This document shows positions 1 through 13,592 of a stretch of DNA of 64,000 nt, piece after piece. The stretch's first letter is position 1. Every line of letters starts with the position of its first letter. The translations under genes and the position numbers were made by a program. This DNA is from Octopus vulgaris (taxonomy: Eukaryota), in assembly GCA_951406725.2 (NCBI GenBank), contig OX597822.1:23870001-23934000 (forward strand), given 5' to 3'. The notes below the pieces were generated by a model. That model saw only the letters and a program-made list of their open reading frames with translations. It was not told the DNA's origin and ran no database searches.

Positions 1-7
1 TGTGTGC

Positions 8-295
8 GTAAGTGTATTTATATAATACTGTATTATAGATCCATTTCAGCCGATTTTACCAGTCGGTTTCGTACAGAGAGTTTGTGAAAGCCCAACTCCC
101 GGCACTGACCAGAATACCTGATATGAAGCGTATGGCCCTATCTTTATATCCTTTCGTCTTCTACACTATATATTTATATCCCACTCTTCTTACATGAGGT
201 GGGATTAGGTTTTCCCCAAAAAATCTGGTGAAAGAAACCGATTGGTATAATCGACTGAAATGGATCTCTAGTGCTGTATTGTATAAATATTTACA
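8..295. repeat. Imperfect foldback (MITE-like or PLE-derived inverted repeat)
   Basis: AGATCCATTTCAGCCGATTTTACCAGTCGGTTTC (37-70) is the near reverse complement of GAAACCGATTGGTATAATCGACTGAAATGGATCT (234-267); weaker pairing extends outward. Confidence 0.7.
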
Positions 296-571
296 TCTCT
301 TTTTTGACAGATATACGATTGCATGTTTTTCTATCTGACGCATGGATCTTTAAACTAATATACATATATACATACATGTATGTGTCTGTGTGAGCGCGCG
401 TGTGTGCTTATGCATAAGTATATCTATTTATGTTTGCCTATGTATATATATTGTTGTTTTTAGGAATGGTCTTTTTGCCAGTTTAGCCAATAAAAACACA
501 CGCACTATATATTTGGTGTTACTTTGCTTCAGCGTTATTTATTTTTTACATTAATCTTAATCTTATTTCGG

Positions 572-611
572 CCAGAGTTCTTTCATCACACTTCTGTGAC
601 TTCATCAGTGG
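572..611 (-). ncRNA. Minimal type I hammerhead-like motif
   Basis: Minus strand reads CCA-CTGATGA-A-GTCACA-GAAG-TGTGAT-GAAA-GAAC-TC-TGG: core boxes, stem II, and a 3-bp stem I. Confidence 0.5.
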
Positions 612-1224
612 TTCTTTGCTTTTTTTCTTTCATATTTGTGTGTCAGCCATTTTGTCAGCCATTTTGTCTATGAATATATAAATATTTATATTTTATTATA
701 TATTATGTATCTATGAATATCTGACTCTGTCAATCTCTTTCGTCCACCCTCTTCTCCTTCCTTCTCTCTCTCTCGCTCTCGCTGTATATACATAACAACT
801 AATGGATAATGTTTCAACCTACTACAGCTGTTTCCAATGAGTTTTTAACTGATTAATGGAGAAATTACATTATTGGAATAAGCCGTTTTCATCAGGTGAA
901 TACATGAATCACAACATTTAAATACATTCAACATCCAACAGTTTATGCCATTTCATGATTCTATGACCAGTACTGCTCTTCAAGTTTAAAACACCAAAAG
1001 GGAAATAAATGAAACAGAAGGATGTTACAATTTCTGCGTTTGAACGACTGGCTGCAACAGATGGGGAACGTAAGACGTGAACTTGCGTTCGTAGAGGGGA
1101 TATAGAAGAAAAGAGAAAATTTGTGAAAGAGGGAGGAGAAAAGAGAAATGAAAAGTGGAAGAGAGTGCGTACAAGTGAGATAGAAGCCCCGAAAGGTTTC
1201 ATGTCTGAATTTAAAACGCTGCTG

Positions 1225-1253
1225 CTTCCGTTTATTTGAGTGACGCCATCTTG
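1225..1253 (-). promoter_or_regulatory. Possible promoter/TSS-proximal element (YY1-type CAAGATGGCG plus ETS-type CGGAAG)
   Basis: Minus strand CAAGATGGCGTCACTCAAATAAACGGAAG at the edge of a unique, CpG-retaining segment. Confidence 0.25.
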
Positions 1254-1265
1254 GATTGTTACATA

Positions 1266-1360
<95 letters not shown>

Positions 1361-1472
1361 TGCGTGTGTGTGAGTGTGTGTGTGTGTGTATTTGTGGCAT
1401 TTTGTTTTTACGGTCTTTCGCTCTCTCTACTTTATATGTAAGTGTCAGTGTGTGTGTATGTATATAGATAGG

Positions 1473-1524
<52 letters not shown>

Positions 1525-2326
1525 CATATAAAAACAAAAGTACAGATATATAACCATGCATATGTACATATACACGTATATATAAATATACATATATATG
1601 AATATGCATGAACATACTTTTATATACCATGTATGTATATATGTATATGTACATATATGTATATATACACACATATACATAGATATATCATATGTATATA
1701 TGATATATATATATATATATATATATACATACGCAGACACATATATGTATATATGTATGTGTGAATATATGTCCATACACACACACATACGCACACACAT
1801 ATATATATTTCTATATATATGTGTGTGTATGTATTATGTATACATATACACACTCTACTCACTATCTCCACTTGCGGTTCGTTAAGCAACGCCTACGTCG
1901 ATATTATTTAACATCGTCTGCTTACCCCATCCACAATCAAGCATTCTCCCTATTACTGTCTGTAAGCATATGATATGATATAAATTTTCTTCTTTCTCTC
2001 CTTTATATTTACAGATCATTGTCCTCTTCGTCTTCGTGGTGTTGGGTTGCTTTAATTACTTCAGAGCTAATCCTAATCCCAATCCATCAATCAGTCATTT
2101 TTTTTTGCTTTTCTTTTTTGCTTTCTGTCCAGGACTGAACAAAAAAAAATATATATTTGACACTCAGCAAACCATTTATATTTATCACTGACACCAGTCA
2201 TATGTAACTCGGTAATTTTCGCCATTTTATATATGCTGTGTGTAGGTTTGTGTATATATGTATGCATGTAAATGTGTCTATGTGTGTATATACATACATA
2301 TGTATATGTATGTTTGTATATGTATC

Positions 2327-2387
<61 letters not shown>

Positions 2388-2543
2388 GTATATACCTATA
2401 TCTATCTATCTATATATATATATATGTGTGGGTGTGTGGGTGTGTGTGTGGTGTGTGTGGGGTGTGTATGTATGTATGTATGTATGTATATATATATATA
2501 AACAGAAAATGGAGATAACCTCTAACTTAACCATACCTATTTG

Positions 2544-2599
<56 letters not shown>

Positions 2600-2658
2600 C
2601 ATACATACATACATATATAATATACATATATGTATTCATATGTATGTGTGTGCATAAT

Positions 2659-2701
<43 letters not shown>

Positions 2702-3167
2702 GCCCACACACGCTCATACACATATACATGCAATTAATGTACGCACATATAAGCATACACATATATTAATGTAGGCGAAAGAAAGACTACGATTAATCAA
2801 TAATAAAAACAGGCTGATATAGTTTATTTAAACCGGAATACTTAAAAAGAAATTGTCATTGAGTTTCACACTGCCGATCTTCGGGCGATTACGAAAAGTG
2901 AAACATTAAGCTTCTTATATAAAGAGTACACAGAAAATATTAGCCTTGTGTTAACCTATCAGTTAACCTATTATGTTGAGGACTGATAGGTAAACACAAG
3001 GTTACAAAGGAATAGTATTGGTTGACAGTGTAATAAGTGTATGTCAAATGTGATGAGTTGGAGAGGCGTGTGACTTTGTGACAAGTACCATGTTTTTACT
3101 AATTGTTTTAAGTGCTCCTGTAGTCACAAACAGACACAGTCAAACACTCACACACACACACACACTT

Positions 3168-3215
<48 letters not shown>

Positions 3216-3267
3216 TATCTTTCTCTCTCTCTTTCTCTATTCTCTCTCTCTTTCTCTCTCTCTTCTT

Positions 3268-3315
<48 letters not shown>

Positions 3316-3699
3316 TTCTTTCTATCACTCTCTCTTTCTCTTTCTATCACTCTCTGTTTCTCTCTCTCTCTCTCTCTCTCCCTCTCTCTCTCTCTCTGTC
3401 TTCTTTTTCTCTCTGACCTTCAACCCTTGACCTAGCAGAAAATACTTTTTCCTTCTTTTTCCGTTTAAATTATTTAAAGTGTTACTTCCTTTATATCAAA
3501 GTGTTTCATAGGTTCTGTTGAGCACTTTGTTATAAAGAAGATCAATAAATATATTCATTCACAAAGAAATCTACTTGATTTAGCCATTTCAAATTTGTCC
3601 AGTAATTATTCTATCAATTGTTGAACCGCTAAGTTGGGGGACATAAATAAACACAAAACAAACACGCGCATGCACACATATACATATAAATGTGTGTGT

Positions 3700-3730
<31 letters not shown>

Positions 3731-3990
3731 CGTGCGCGCTATCACAGTTTCTCTCTATCACATTAACTAACCAGATTTTGGTCGATCCATGCCATCGGAG
3801 AAAATACTTAAACAAAGAGCAGCGCAGTTGGATTGAACTCGAAAACACATTGTTGCATAGCGAGCTTCTTAACCACGCCTTTGCACACACACACACACAC
3901 GCACACACACACACACACACATATATATATGCATATGTATATGTGTGTGATTTGTATGTATATATATCTATGTATATACATGTATATATG

Positions 3991-4053
<63 letters not shown>

Positions 4054-4061
4054 TGCTGACC

Positions 4062-4361
4062 TGAGACCCCCTTCGGTCATGAATGACCATGGGATTGCAC
4101 CTAGAAAGTTACCCTCCCAGGCACAAGTCCAGGCAAGTTTGTTTATGGAAGACCAGCAGTCGTCCATGTATACCGGCCTCCCTCTCCACAGGAATGGCAA
4201 AGATACCAATACAGCTTGGCACCTGTGACGTCGCAACTCATTTCTACAGCTGAGGGAACTGGAGCAACGTGAAATAAAGTGTCTTGCACAAGAACACAAC
4301 ACCCAGCCCGGTCCGGATTCGAACTCACAACTTCCCGATCGTAAGTTCGATGCTCTAACCA
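4062..4361 (-). mobile_element. tRNA-derived SINE (family c)
   Basis: tRNA-like head with B box (GTTCGAATCC) on minus strand; near-identical copy at 16505-16826. Confidence 0.8.
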
Positions 4362-4539
4362 TATATATCCATTATTATGTATGGATATATGTATATATAT
4401 ATAAATATATATGTATGTATGTATACATACACACATATATATATATATATATATATAAATATATGTGTATATGTGTATATATGTGTATATATATATATAT
4501 AAATATATGTGTATATATATAAATATATGTGTATCTGCC

Positions 4540-5445
4540 ACATTCTCTCTCTCTCTTTCTTACATTTCTATCTCTTTCTTACATTTTTATACCTTATCTG
4601 TCTCTCCATCCACCAGACCCTCTATTTCCGCTCTCACTCTCCCCTCCTCTCTCTCTCTTTCCTCCCTCTCTCTCTCTCTGCCATCGTTTCTCTTTCTGCA
4701 TCTCTCTCTCAGATCAACTTTCTCACATCTCACCCCCTCCCAGTTCCTCAACTTCACTCATTCTCTCTTGTATCTATATACCGCCCTCCTTCTCTCTCTC
4801 TCTCTCTGTTACTCCCCCTCCCTCTCTCTGCCTCTTTTCTCTACGCTCCCTCACAGGTCAAACCCCTTTTGCTCTTCCCCTTCTGTCCCCTTATTTCTTT
4901 CTCTACACCACCCTCCCTGTCCCTTTACTACACTCTCTTGCACCTCTGTCGCGCCCCCTCTTTCACTCTCCCCCCTTTTTTCTTCCTACCTTTCCTCTCC
5001 CTGCTCCCTCTAATGCTCACCCCCCTTGTCTCTTTTTTCCTCTTTCTGTCTCCTTCCTCCACACCTCCCTCTCTGTCCCTTTACTTCACTCCCGGGTACC
5101 TCTATCCCGCCCTCTCTCTCTCTCCCTCTCCATTTTATCTCTCCGTCTTTCTTCTCCCTGCTCCCCCTAGGGTCCATCCTCTTGTCTCTCTTTTCCACCC
5201 TGTCCCTTTACTTTCTTTCTACTACACCTCTATCCCGCTCACTCTCCCCCTGCTGACCTGCCATTCTTTCTCTTTTTTTCCCTCTTTATTTTCTCTTTTT
5301 CTCTTTTTTCTCTCTTCTCTCAGGACAATGCCCTCGTCTCTCTCTCTACCCCCCCTGGCTTTTCTCCTTTCTCCTCTCCCTCTCCGGTCAACCATCTTAT
5401 CTTTCCTTCTCTCTCTGTTCCTATATTTCACTTTCACTATATCTC
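4540..5445. repeat. CT-rich polypyrimidine low-complexity tract
   Basis: Degenerate (CT)n; gives spurious L/S/P/F ORFs. Confidence 0.85.
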
Positions 5446-5453
5446 AGACGAAA

Positions 5454-6361
5454 ATGTCAAGAAACTGGTCTGCGAGAGAGGTGCAATTGTTCGTCCGCGC
5501 TTGGAGGATTGCTGAGGACGACTCGCCGAACAATATCATTACAGCGGCGCTGAAGAGCAATGATTTTTCAAGAACCACTGCCCAGATAGAGCGAAAGAAA
5601 CGAGAATTTATCCGTTCATACGCTCTAATCAGGCAACATGTAGACACCCTGGACATCATCCTAGGAGGTGACGGCACCAGGGAAGGCCAAAGGATGAAGA
5701 AAACATCCAGAAACCAACGAAAAACAAAACCGAGAAACCTAGAACACAGGGAAACAATGACACATGTCCAGCTCCCAACACCACAACTGAAGACCAAAGA
5801 GGTGCGATGGCCGCAAGAAAAGAAAAGCACCTTAAAATTGATGGGAAACAGGAGGTAAAAGGCGACAAAATCAAAGCTAAAAGAAACCCTGTCCAGAGAA
5901 AACAAAAGGACCCCAGCAAGAACTATAAGGGCAAAGAAAGAAACATCTGCAAATTCTACCTGAAGGGGGAGTGCTGGTACGGCGTCGAAGGTGCGAACTG
6001 TCGCTTTGCACATCAGAGGCACTACCAAAACCGCACGGACGCGAGACAGGGGTCCCTCCCTTGGGGAGAACAAACAGAAAAAGAAAAAGAAAAATATAAA
6101 AGAAGGAAAAAAAGCGCACTGACCACTCCTGAAAGACGATATGCGGATGTGATGCGCGGTAACCCAGCTTCATCCAGATGTGAGAAGGCAGCAGCTGAAC
6201 AGCAATCTTTTTTGTGCATGGCACAAAAAATTGTTCAGCAGCTGACCTGGCTACAAGCACAAAGCTGGAACTACCACCACATAATGCCACCACCAACAGA
6301 TGCAGGATGGCCACCACAGACACCAACACCAACACACACACAACAAAAATATTTCTACTGA
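5454..6361 (+). pseudogene. Frameshifted ORF1-like region: Myb/SANT trihelix-like N-terminus, then CCCH zinc finger
   Basis: ATG at 5454 gives MSRNWSAREVQLFVRAW...FSRTTAQIERKKREFIRSY; the next frame has ICKFYLKGECWYGVEGANCRFAH; lies directly upstream of the APE domain. Confidence 0.55.
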
Positions 6362-9250
6362 ACGTAGGAGGGCTGCTGCGCGGAAACTGTAAAAGGAAAA
6401 TCTCATTCCTGAGAGACCTTGTGACATGCAATCAAGCTATATGCATGGGACTCACAGAAACGCATCTTGAACCCGATATAGGTGATGCAGAAATACACAT
6501 GCCGCAATATGCAGTCATATGCACAGATAGAAAAGGGAGGAGCCATGGTGGAGTTGCAATGTACATCCGAGATGACCTCACGCCCCAGGTCCTGTTGTCA
6601 TATTCAAACTCAGTGTGTGAAACTCAAATTGTACACATAAGACAACTGAATATCGTCATATGCACTACATATCGCCTACCAGATGCCCCAAATCACTCAG
6701 GCATGTTTGAAGACTGCCTAACAAAAATAGGAGAAGTCCTCACCAACCTTGAACAACACAACAGTGTATTCTTCATGGGTGACTTTAACCTCCCCAATGT
6801 GGAATGGCCTGGGGGGGGCAGATGCTCCCAGGGATGACACATCATCAGCAGGCGCAGGTAGAGTTCCTGCTCCATCTCACAAATGCCTCTTTCATGGAGC
6901 AAATAGTTCTGCAACCAACAAGGGCAGATAATATACTGGATCTCTGCTTCACAAACAATATGGATATTATCCATAATGTTAATGTGATGCCGACAATGAT
7001 CTCGGATCACAACATAATAGAGCTGTCTATGTATGGAACAAAAGCCCCCGTAGACACACAGCCTATACGAAGCATCCACCATCTCGCCAACTTAAACTTT
7101 CATAAAGCAAACTGGAAGTTGATTGAGAAAGAGATCCTCAAACAGGATTGGCCTAAATGTCTCTCCACACCGGACATAAACATGAAACACAAACACTTCA
7201 TGTCCATAATACAAGTCATATGTGACAAATATGTCCCAGTGTGCAGGGCCAGCACACACAAAAACAAAAACAGGATCTCTAGAGAAAGGAAGATTCTTAT
7301 GGGACAACGGACAAGGATTGCGAACCGCCTGAGCAAACACACCAAAAGTGGTGAGAAGTCTCGGCTCGAGAGAATGCTAATGGAAATTGAGAAAAGTCTG
7401 CATCAGTCCCATGAAAAGGAGAGAGCAGATAAAGAATTTTGGGTAATAGAAAATATAAAATCAAACCCTAAAGCTTTCTTTAAGTTTGCCAAAGAGACAG
7501 CCACAGTGCACCAGAGAATAGGACCTCTCTTCCAAAAAGATGGCTCTCTCACAGGAAATCCCACGAGGATAAGTGAAATACTGAACGAACAATTCCAAAG
7601 TGTGTTCACTACACCTCTAGGACACAGGCAAGTAAACAACCCAGAAGAATTCTTTGCCACTTTACCTGCGGCCAAAGAGGCAAAAATTGAGTACATCAAC
7701 ATCGAAGATGATGATATCACACTAGCCATAGATGAGATTGGCACAAACTCAGCTGCTGGACCTGATGGATTCCCAGCGATCCTTCTCAAATCGTGCAAAC
7801 GAGCCCTTGCAAAACCGCTACAGCTTCTTTTTCAGAGCTTTCTTGCAAGTGGTAAGCTCCCAGTCAAATTGAAAGGGGGTTTAATATGCCCTATCCATAA
7901 GGGAGGTAGCAGAGCAGATGCTAAAAATTATAGGCCTATCTCTCTGACCTCACACATCAGCAAAGTCATGGAACGAATAGTCCGTAAGAAACTAATCATG
8001 TTCCTTGAAGAAAATGACTTGCTGTCTGACACCCAGCATGGATTTCGACCAGGTAGAAGCTGCCTAACACAGCTCCTGCAACACTATGACTGGGTGTTGA
8101 AACAGCTACTAAATGGCTCAAATGTGGATGTAATATATCTCGACTTTGCAAAAGCCTTTGATAAGGTCGACCATGGTATGATCTGTCACAAACTGCGTGG
8201 TCTCGGCATAGGCGGAAAACTTGGAGAGTGGCTGCACAACTTCCTAAAAGACAGAAAGCAGGCAGTTGTGAGCAATTGAGCCACCTCCAAGGAAACATAA
8301 ATAGCAAGCGGTGTCCCACAGGGCACTGTCTTGGGACCACTGAGGTTCATAGTGGCCCTTTCAGACATGCCTTCAGTTGCTACGATGACCACCCTTGCTA
8401 GCTATGCAGATGACACAAAAGTCTCCCACGCAATATAAAACCCTGAAAATATTGCGCATCTGCAACAGGAGTTGGACACAATATGCATTGGGCATTGACA
8501 TGAGCAATGATGCATCTTTCCAAGTGCATATTGCTAATCTGGTGATAAAATGCAGACGGCTAGCTGGATGGATTCTCCGAACTTTCAGAACAAGAGAGAA
8601 GGAGACACTGATGGTCCTATGGAAAACATTCGTCCTCAGCCGCTTGGACTACTGCTCCCAACTGTGGTCACCACACAATATAAAACTAACAGCAGAACTC
8701 GAAGCAATTCAGAGTAGCTACACAAAGAAAATCGTCTCAATGCAAAATATCAGCTACTGGGAAAGACTGAAGGTATTAAACCTCTTCTCCCTAGAGCGGA
8801 GGCGGGAGAGATATGCGGTGATATACATCTGGAAAATCCTGGAGGGTCTTGTCCCAAACTTTGGCATTCAAAGTTACCCCATCCGCAGAACGGGGAGCCA
8901 CTGCCTGGTGCCAAGGATTCCAATATCACCATCAAAATACAGGTCCAGATACTGCAACAGCTTGGGTTTCAGGGGACCACAGCTCTTTAACATCCTCCCT
9001 AAATGCCTGAGAGACTTACATGGTGTGGATGTGGGTTTCTTTAAAACTAAACTGGATCTCTTCTTGTCGGGAGTCCCAGATGAACCTACCTCACGACAGG
9101 AGACACAGATGCGGGCAGCAGCATCGAACTCCCTTGTTGATCAAATGCCACGTATCAGAGGTGGATTCACAAATTAGTGTAGCTCATTCAGCGGTGGTGC
9201 CCCAGCATGGCCGCGGCCCTCGGGCTAAAACATTTTAAAGGATTTAAGGA
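5454..9250 (+). mobile_element. CR1-group LINE (APE endonuclease + RT), decayed, with an apparent internal deletion near 8485
   Basis: APE motifs LLNVGGL, LTETHL, GDFNLP, LDLCFT, SDHNII; RT motifs NYRPISLT, QHGFRPGRSC, YLDFAKAFD, GVPQG, YADDTK; C-terminal SLERRRERY; frameshifts and stops; short repeat tail. Confidence 0.92.
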
Positions 9251-9292
9251 TATATATATATTCATGCACATATATTTATATATATGTACATA

Positions 9293-9341
<49 letters not shown>

Positions 9342-9388
9342 CGTGTGTTTTTATTGGCTAAACTGGCAATATGACCATTCCGAAATAT

Positions 9389-9423
<35 letters not shown>

Positions 9424-9705
9424 TGTGCATATATTTATATATATGTATATATACATATATATAGATATAAATATGTACATATATATATTTTAGTTTTGTA
9501 AAGGTGGAAGAATATATGAATATATGTATCTATTTGATAATCGAGTGTGGATCTTAATTATGTTCCTCTAGTTTCCGCTTGCATTGACTCCGTTCAAATT
9601 AAGAAGTGAAATATAGCTCACTCGGAGCACAACTCCAGTCTGTAAATTTTGCGAGTAAAGGTAACAATAGCAATCTCAAAATAAAGCTGTGTATTTTATG
9701 TATGT

Positions 9706-10265
9706 ATATGTCTTCGGAAGATCCTCAACATCAGCTGGAAAGACAGAAGAACTAACGATAGCGTGCTACAAGATGCAAAAATGACCAGCATCGAAGCCTA
9801 TGTCATCAAAGGCCAACTAAGATGGAGCGGCTACGTGGTTAGAATGACTGACGAACGACTTCCCAAACAGATCTTCTACTCCCAACTCAAAGACGGCAAG
9901 CGTACAAAAGGAGGCCAGAAGAAACGCTACAAGGACTCCCTGAAATCGAACCTCAAAAACGTGTGACATTGACTTCACCAACTGGGAGGAAACGGCAAAA
10001 AACAGACCACTCTGGAAAACCACCATCCATGAGGGAACGGCGAATTTCGAGTCGAAAAGGTCTGCAGAGCTGGAGGAGAAAAGACGACGACGGAAGGAGC
10101 GCCAACAACAACCACGTGCGACTCTCCCTTCCGGCACTAGATGTCCGCACTGTGACCGATCTTTCCGAGCAAGAATTGGTCTTATCAGTCACCTGCGGAC
10201 TCACCAATAAATTTGCGCGAAGACCATCATCCTCGACCTTGAGGGATTGCCATAGTAGTAGTAGT
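9706..10265 (+). mobile_element. RTE-clade LINE 3' fragment
   Basis: LRKILNISWKDRRTN...QLRWSGYVVRMTDERLPKQIFY...GGQKKRYKDSLK, terminal C2H2 finger CPHCDRSFRARIGLISHLRTH, and a (TAG)n tail. Confidence 0.88.
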
Positions 10266-10451
10266 ATATGTATATATATGATATATGATAGATCGTTAGC
10301 CACTACACACATTTTTTTCTCTCCTTGTTTTTTTCTGTGTCCCTTCCTGTAGAAGAACGTAGGCTCGAAACATAAACGACTTTTTCTATTCCTGAGCATT
10401 ATACTAATATATCTGTTTATTTTGTACCCCACCTGTCTTTGTTTTTTGTTT

Positions 10452-10483
<32 letters not shown>

Positions 10484-10530
10484 AATAAATAAATATATAT
10501 ACGTATATATATACACATATATATATACAA

Positions 10531-10599
<69 letters not shown>

Positions 10600-11093
10600 C
10601 ATGTATACATATATGTATGTACGTATGTATGTAAGTATGTATGTATACACACACAAACAGACACACACACATATACATATATCATTCCCTCGTCGGCTAC
10701 GCGTGACAAACTTGCAGGAGCTTTTACTTTGCCACTGGCAGTTAGAACTGATTTCAAACCAACAAAGATGTGCCTACGGACAAGAAGCATTGCAGAACCT
10801 GCATTTGTTACTTCTATCAAAAACAAATGAAGTTCCTCGAGAGAATTCTGTTGTTTTGAAATAATTGTTTGTTTACTTGAAATTCAACAATAAACATTCT
10901 AAACATATGTTTTTCTTCTACTCAGTTGCTCCTTCTACTACATACACTGTACCACAGTAACTTAGGGAGCCTCTCTGTATTCATTTGACCTGCTAGAAAG
11001 AGAAACGAAATCTCAATCTACTCATACCGCTCTTGTCTTAATACAGGAAATACGCTTTAGATTATGACGTTTAGGGTTCATCACTCACACACA

Positions 11094-11181
<88 letters not shown>

Positions 11182-11442
11182 TGTGCGTGTGTGTGAGTGA
11201 TGACGGTAAGTAACCCAAAACGTCATAATCTAAAGTGTCATAATCTAAATGAAACACGTGTCGATATTCTACCAAATATATACGTTTTATTTATTATTTT
11301 GCACATTACTTAATCATTGTTATATGTCTTATCTTATATTTAATATTTCTATAATATGTAATTTTTCTGAATGGTATGATTTAATTTTTCATTATTTAAT
11401 TTAAAAGGTGTTTTTTTCTAATTTAATTTATATATATATATA

Positions 11443-11522
<80 letters not shown>

Positions 11523-11595
11523 TATATTTTGTGAAATTCGATTTAGCATTTCTAAATTGAATTTTTCCCTGTAAGTTTGGAATAATATTCCCTCA

Positions 11596-11661
<66 letters not shown>

Positions 11662-11681
11662 CATTATTATTATTATTATCA

Positions 11682-11738
<57 letters not shown>

Positions 11739-12059
11739 CATACATACACATACATATAATATATATACTGTATGTGTGCGTGTGTGTGAGTGAGCGTGGG
11801 AAGGAAAAAATAAGGATGAAACCATTTTCTATTATAGTTTTTGCGTGCGTTTCACCATTAAGGCTGTTTGAAGGCCTGCAATTGGTGTTCCAAGTGTATT
11901 AAGATCAGTAACAGTACGGAATCGTAAAATATATTTGCCAACTAAATGTGGCGGTCCTATAGAGGACAGTGTTACTGTTGTTTTTAGCAGCCTGTGTCTG
12001 ATTAGTATTTGCGAGGGGTGTCATCGCTCCCATAGTCTATGTAAATAAACGAATAATAA

Positions 12060-12410
12060 AATTAACAACAGGAGGACGTGCACAAGGAATGTATTAACTT
12101 GACGCTCGGTAAAAAGAGGGTGTTTGACGTTTCGTGCCTAGCTCTTAGTTGGAAAGGGAAAAGTCCAGCACATGTGTAGTTACATTGCCCCTCCCTCTCC
12201 CTCTCTGTATGTGACCGCGTGCGTATCGTTGACGATTTTCTTTCTCCGTCTTCTCTTCTTTGGACTTTTTCTATATTTCTGACGAAGAGCTCCGCTCAAA
12301 ACCTGAAATCCTCTTATTTTTCCTTCCTTTCCTGGGCGTCCAATAACACTGAACTTATTCCACGTCCTCGCGTTGTTGTATTTTCTTGCTTGTTCATGTT
12401 TGGATTAACT
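12060..12410. mobile_element. PLE terminal (pLTR-like) repeat with degenerate hammerhead-like motif
   Basis: CTGACGAA-GAGC-TCC-GCTC-AAAAC at 12279-12302; homologous to minus-strand repeats at 31355-31560 and 31608-31800. Confidence 0.55.
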
Positions 12411-12444
12411 ATATGTGTGTATATATATACACACACACATACAG

Positions 12445-13000
12445 ACAAGATGTATCTCCAAAACTGACATAATTTGAAATGTGAATATCTGAGTTACTGC
12501 ATGTCCAGGGCAAACAAAATTACATAGGCTTCATGTTGAACAATAAAAGATTTATTTATCAAAGTTCGAAGAAAATTTTCAGAGAAATGTAGATTTTGTA
12601 ACTGGTTTCATAAACCTTCAGAAATGTTCAATATGCGCACCTCCTGTTACGCGACACGTGCCAAGTCGGTAGTCCAGCTCCAGCTCCAACCAAACATGCT
12701 GTATCATGTCTTGTGTAACATTCTCCAGCACCTCAGTAATTTTCTGTTTGAGTTTCTCTAGGCATTTAGGAAGGGCAGGGATATAGAACAGTCCTTTCAC
12801 ATAGCTCCATAGAAAAAAATCACAAGGTGTCAAGTCTGATGGATTTGGTGGGGATTTCAGCAGCACATTGTCATTATCACTGGCATGCCCGATCCAAACT
12901 TAGTTTTTACACATTTTATTAAAATTTGAGATCAATTGAGCGAGATTTAGCTATGTCATTAGATTACGAAATGATGTCAATTTGGAGGAGAGATCCTGTG
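12445..13000 (-). mobile_element. Internally deleted Tc1/mariner element (transposase C-terminus)
   Basis: ORF 12618-12866 PPNPSDLTPCDFFLWSYVK...DYRLGTCRVTGGAHIEHF; degenerate TIRs at ~12445-12474 and ~12970-12999. Confidence 0.85.
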
Positions 13001-13018
13001 TATGTGTGTATTCAATTA

Positions 13019-13380
13019 TAACTGACGGTCAGGAGAGCACCTACGTTGCTAGAAATAAGTGTTAAACAACCCTTAGACTTAAACAACCCGTATAGCCGCT
13101 TTGGTTATTTAATAATTGTCTCATTACCATTTTGCTGAATCAGCCACTGATTCCTAAGGTAAATACTATACACTGACAGTAAGGATTTATCCAAACCATC
13201 CAGCGACAGAGTAGTCACTACTGGTATGCTTTAATTTTAAGCGAAACTAGACTAGTGTAGTAATTTCGTTCGTTGTGGGGTATCTCCCCTGTCAGTGTAT
13301 GGTACGTGCTTCCTTGCGGCTCTAAGGGTTGTTTAACTCTTATTTCTCGCAATGTAGGTGCCACCCTGTACCATCAGTTA
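13019..13380. mobile_element. MITE with ~60-bp TIRs
   Basis: 13019-13078 is the near reverse complement of 13321-13380 (TCTAAGGGTTGTTTAACTCTTATTTCTCGCAATGTAGGTG...). Confidence 0.75.
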
Positions 13381-13434
13381 GTGATAATTAAATTTCACCT
13401 TTTTGGTTTTGTATTGCGTATAGCCGCCTTCTTA

Positions 13435-13482
<48 letters not shown>

Positions 13483-13561
13483 ATGTATGTATGTATGTAT
13501 GTATGTATGTATGTATGTATGTATGTATGTATGTATGTATGTATGTATGTATGTATGTATG

Positions 13562-13592
<31 letters not shown>

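Noticed and set aside
800-905. Hammerhead candidate on minus strand (CTGATGA...GAAAC)
   Set aside because: Stem I and stem III do not pair convincingly
10680-10864. Cys-containing frame (CRSFYF...HCRTCICY) suggestive of a defensin-like relic
   Set aside because: Three in-frame stops, no splice signals, and unconvincing cysteine spacing
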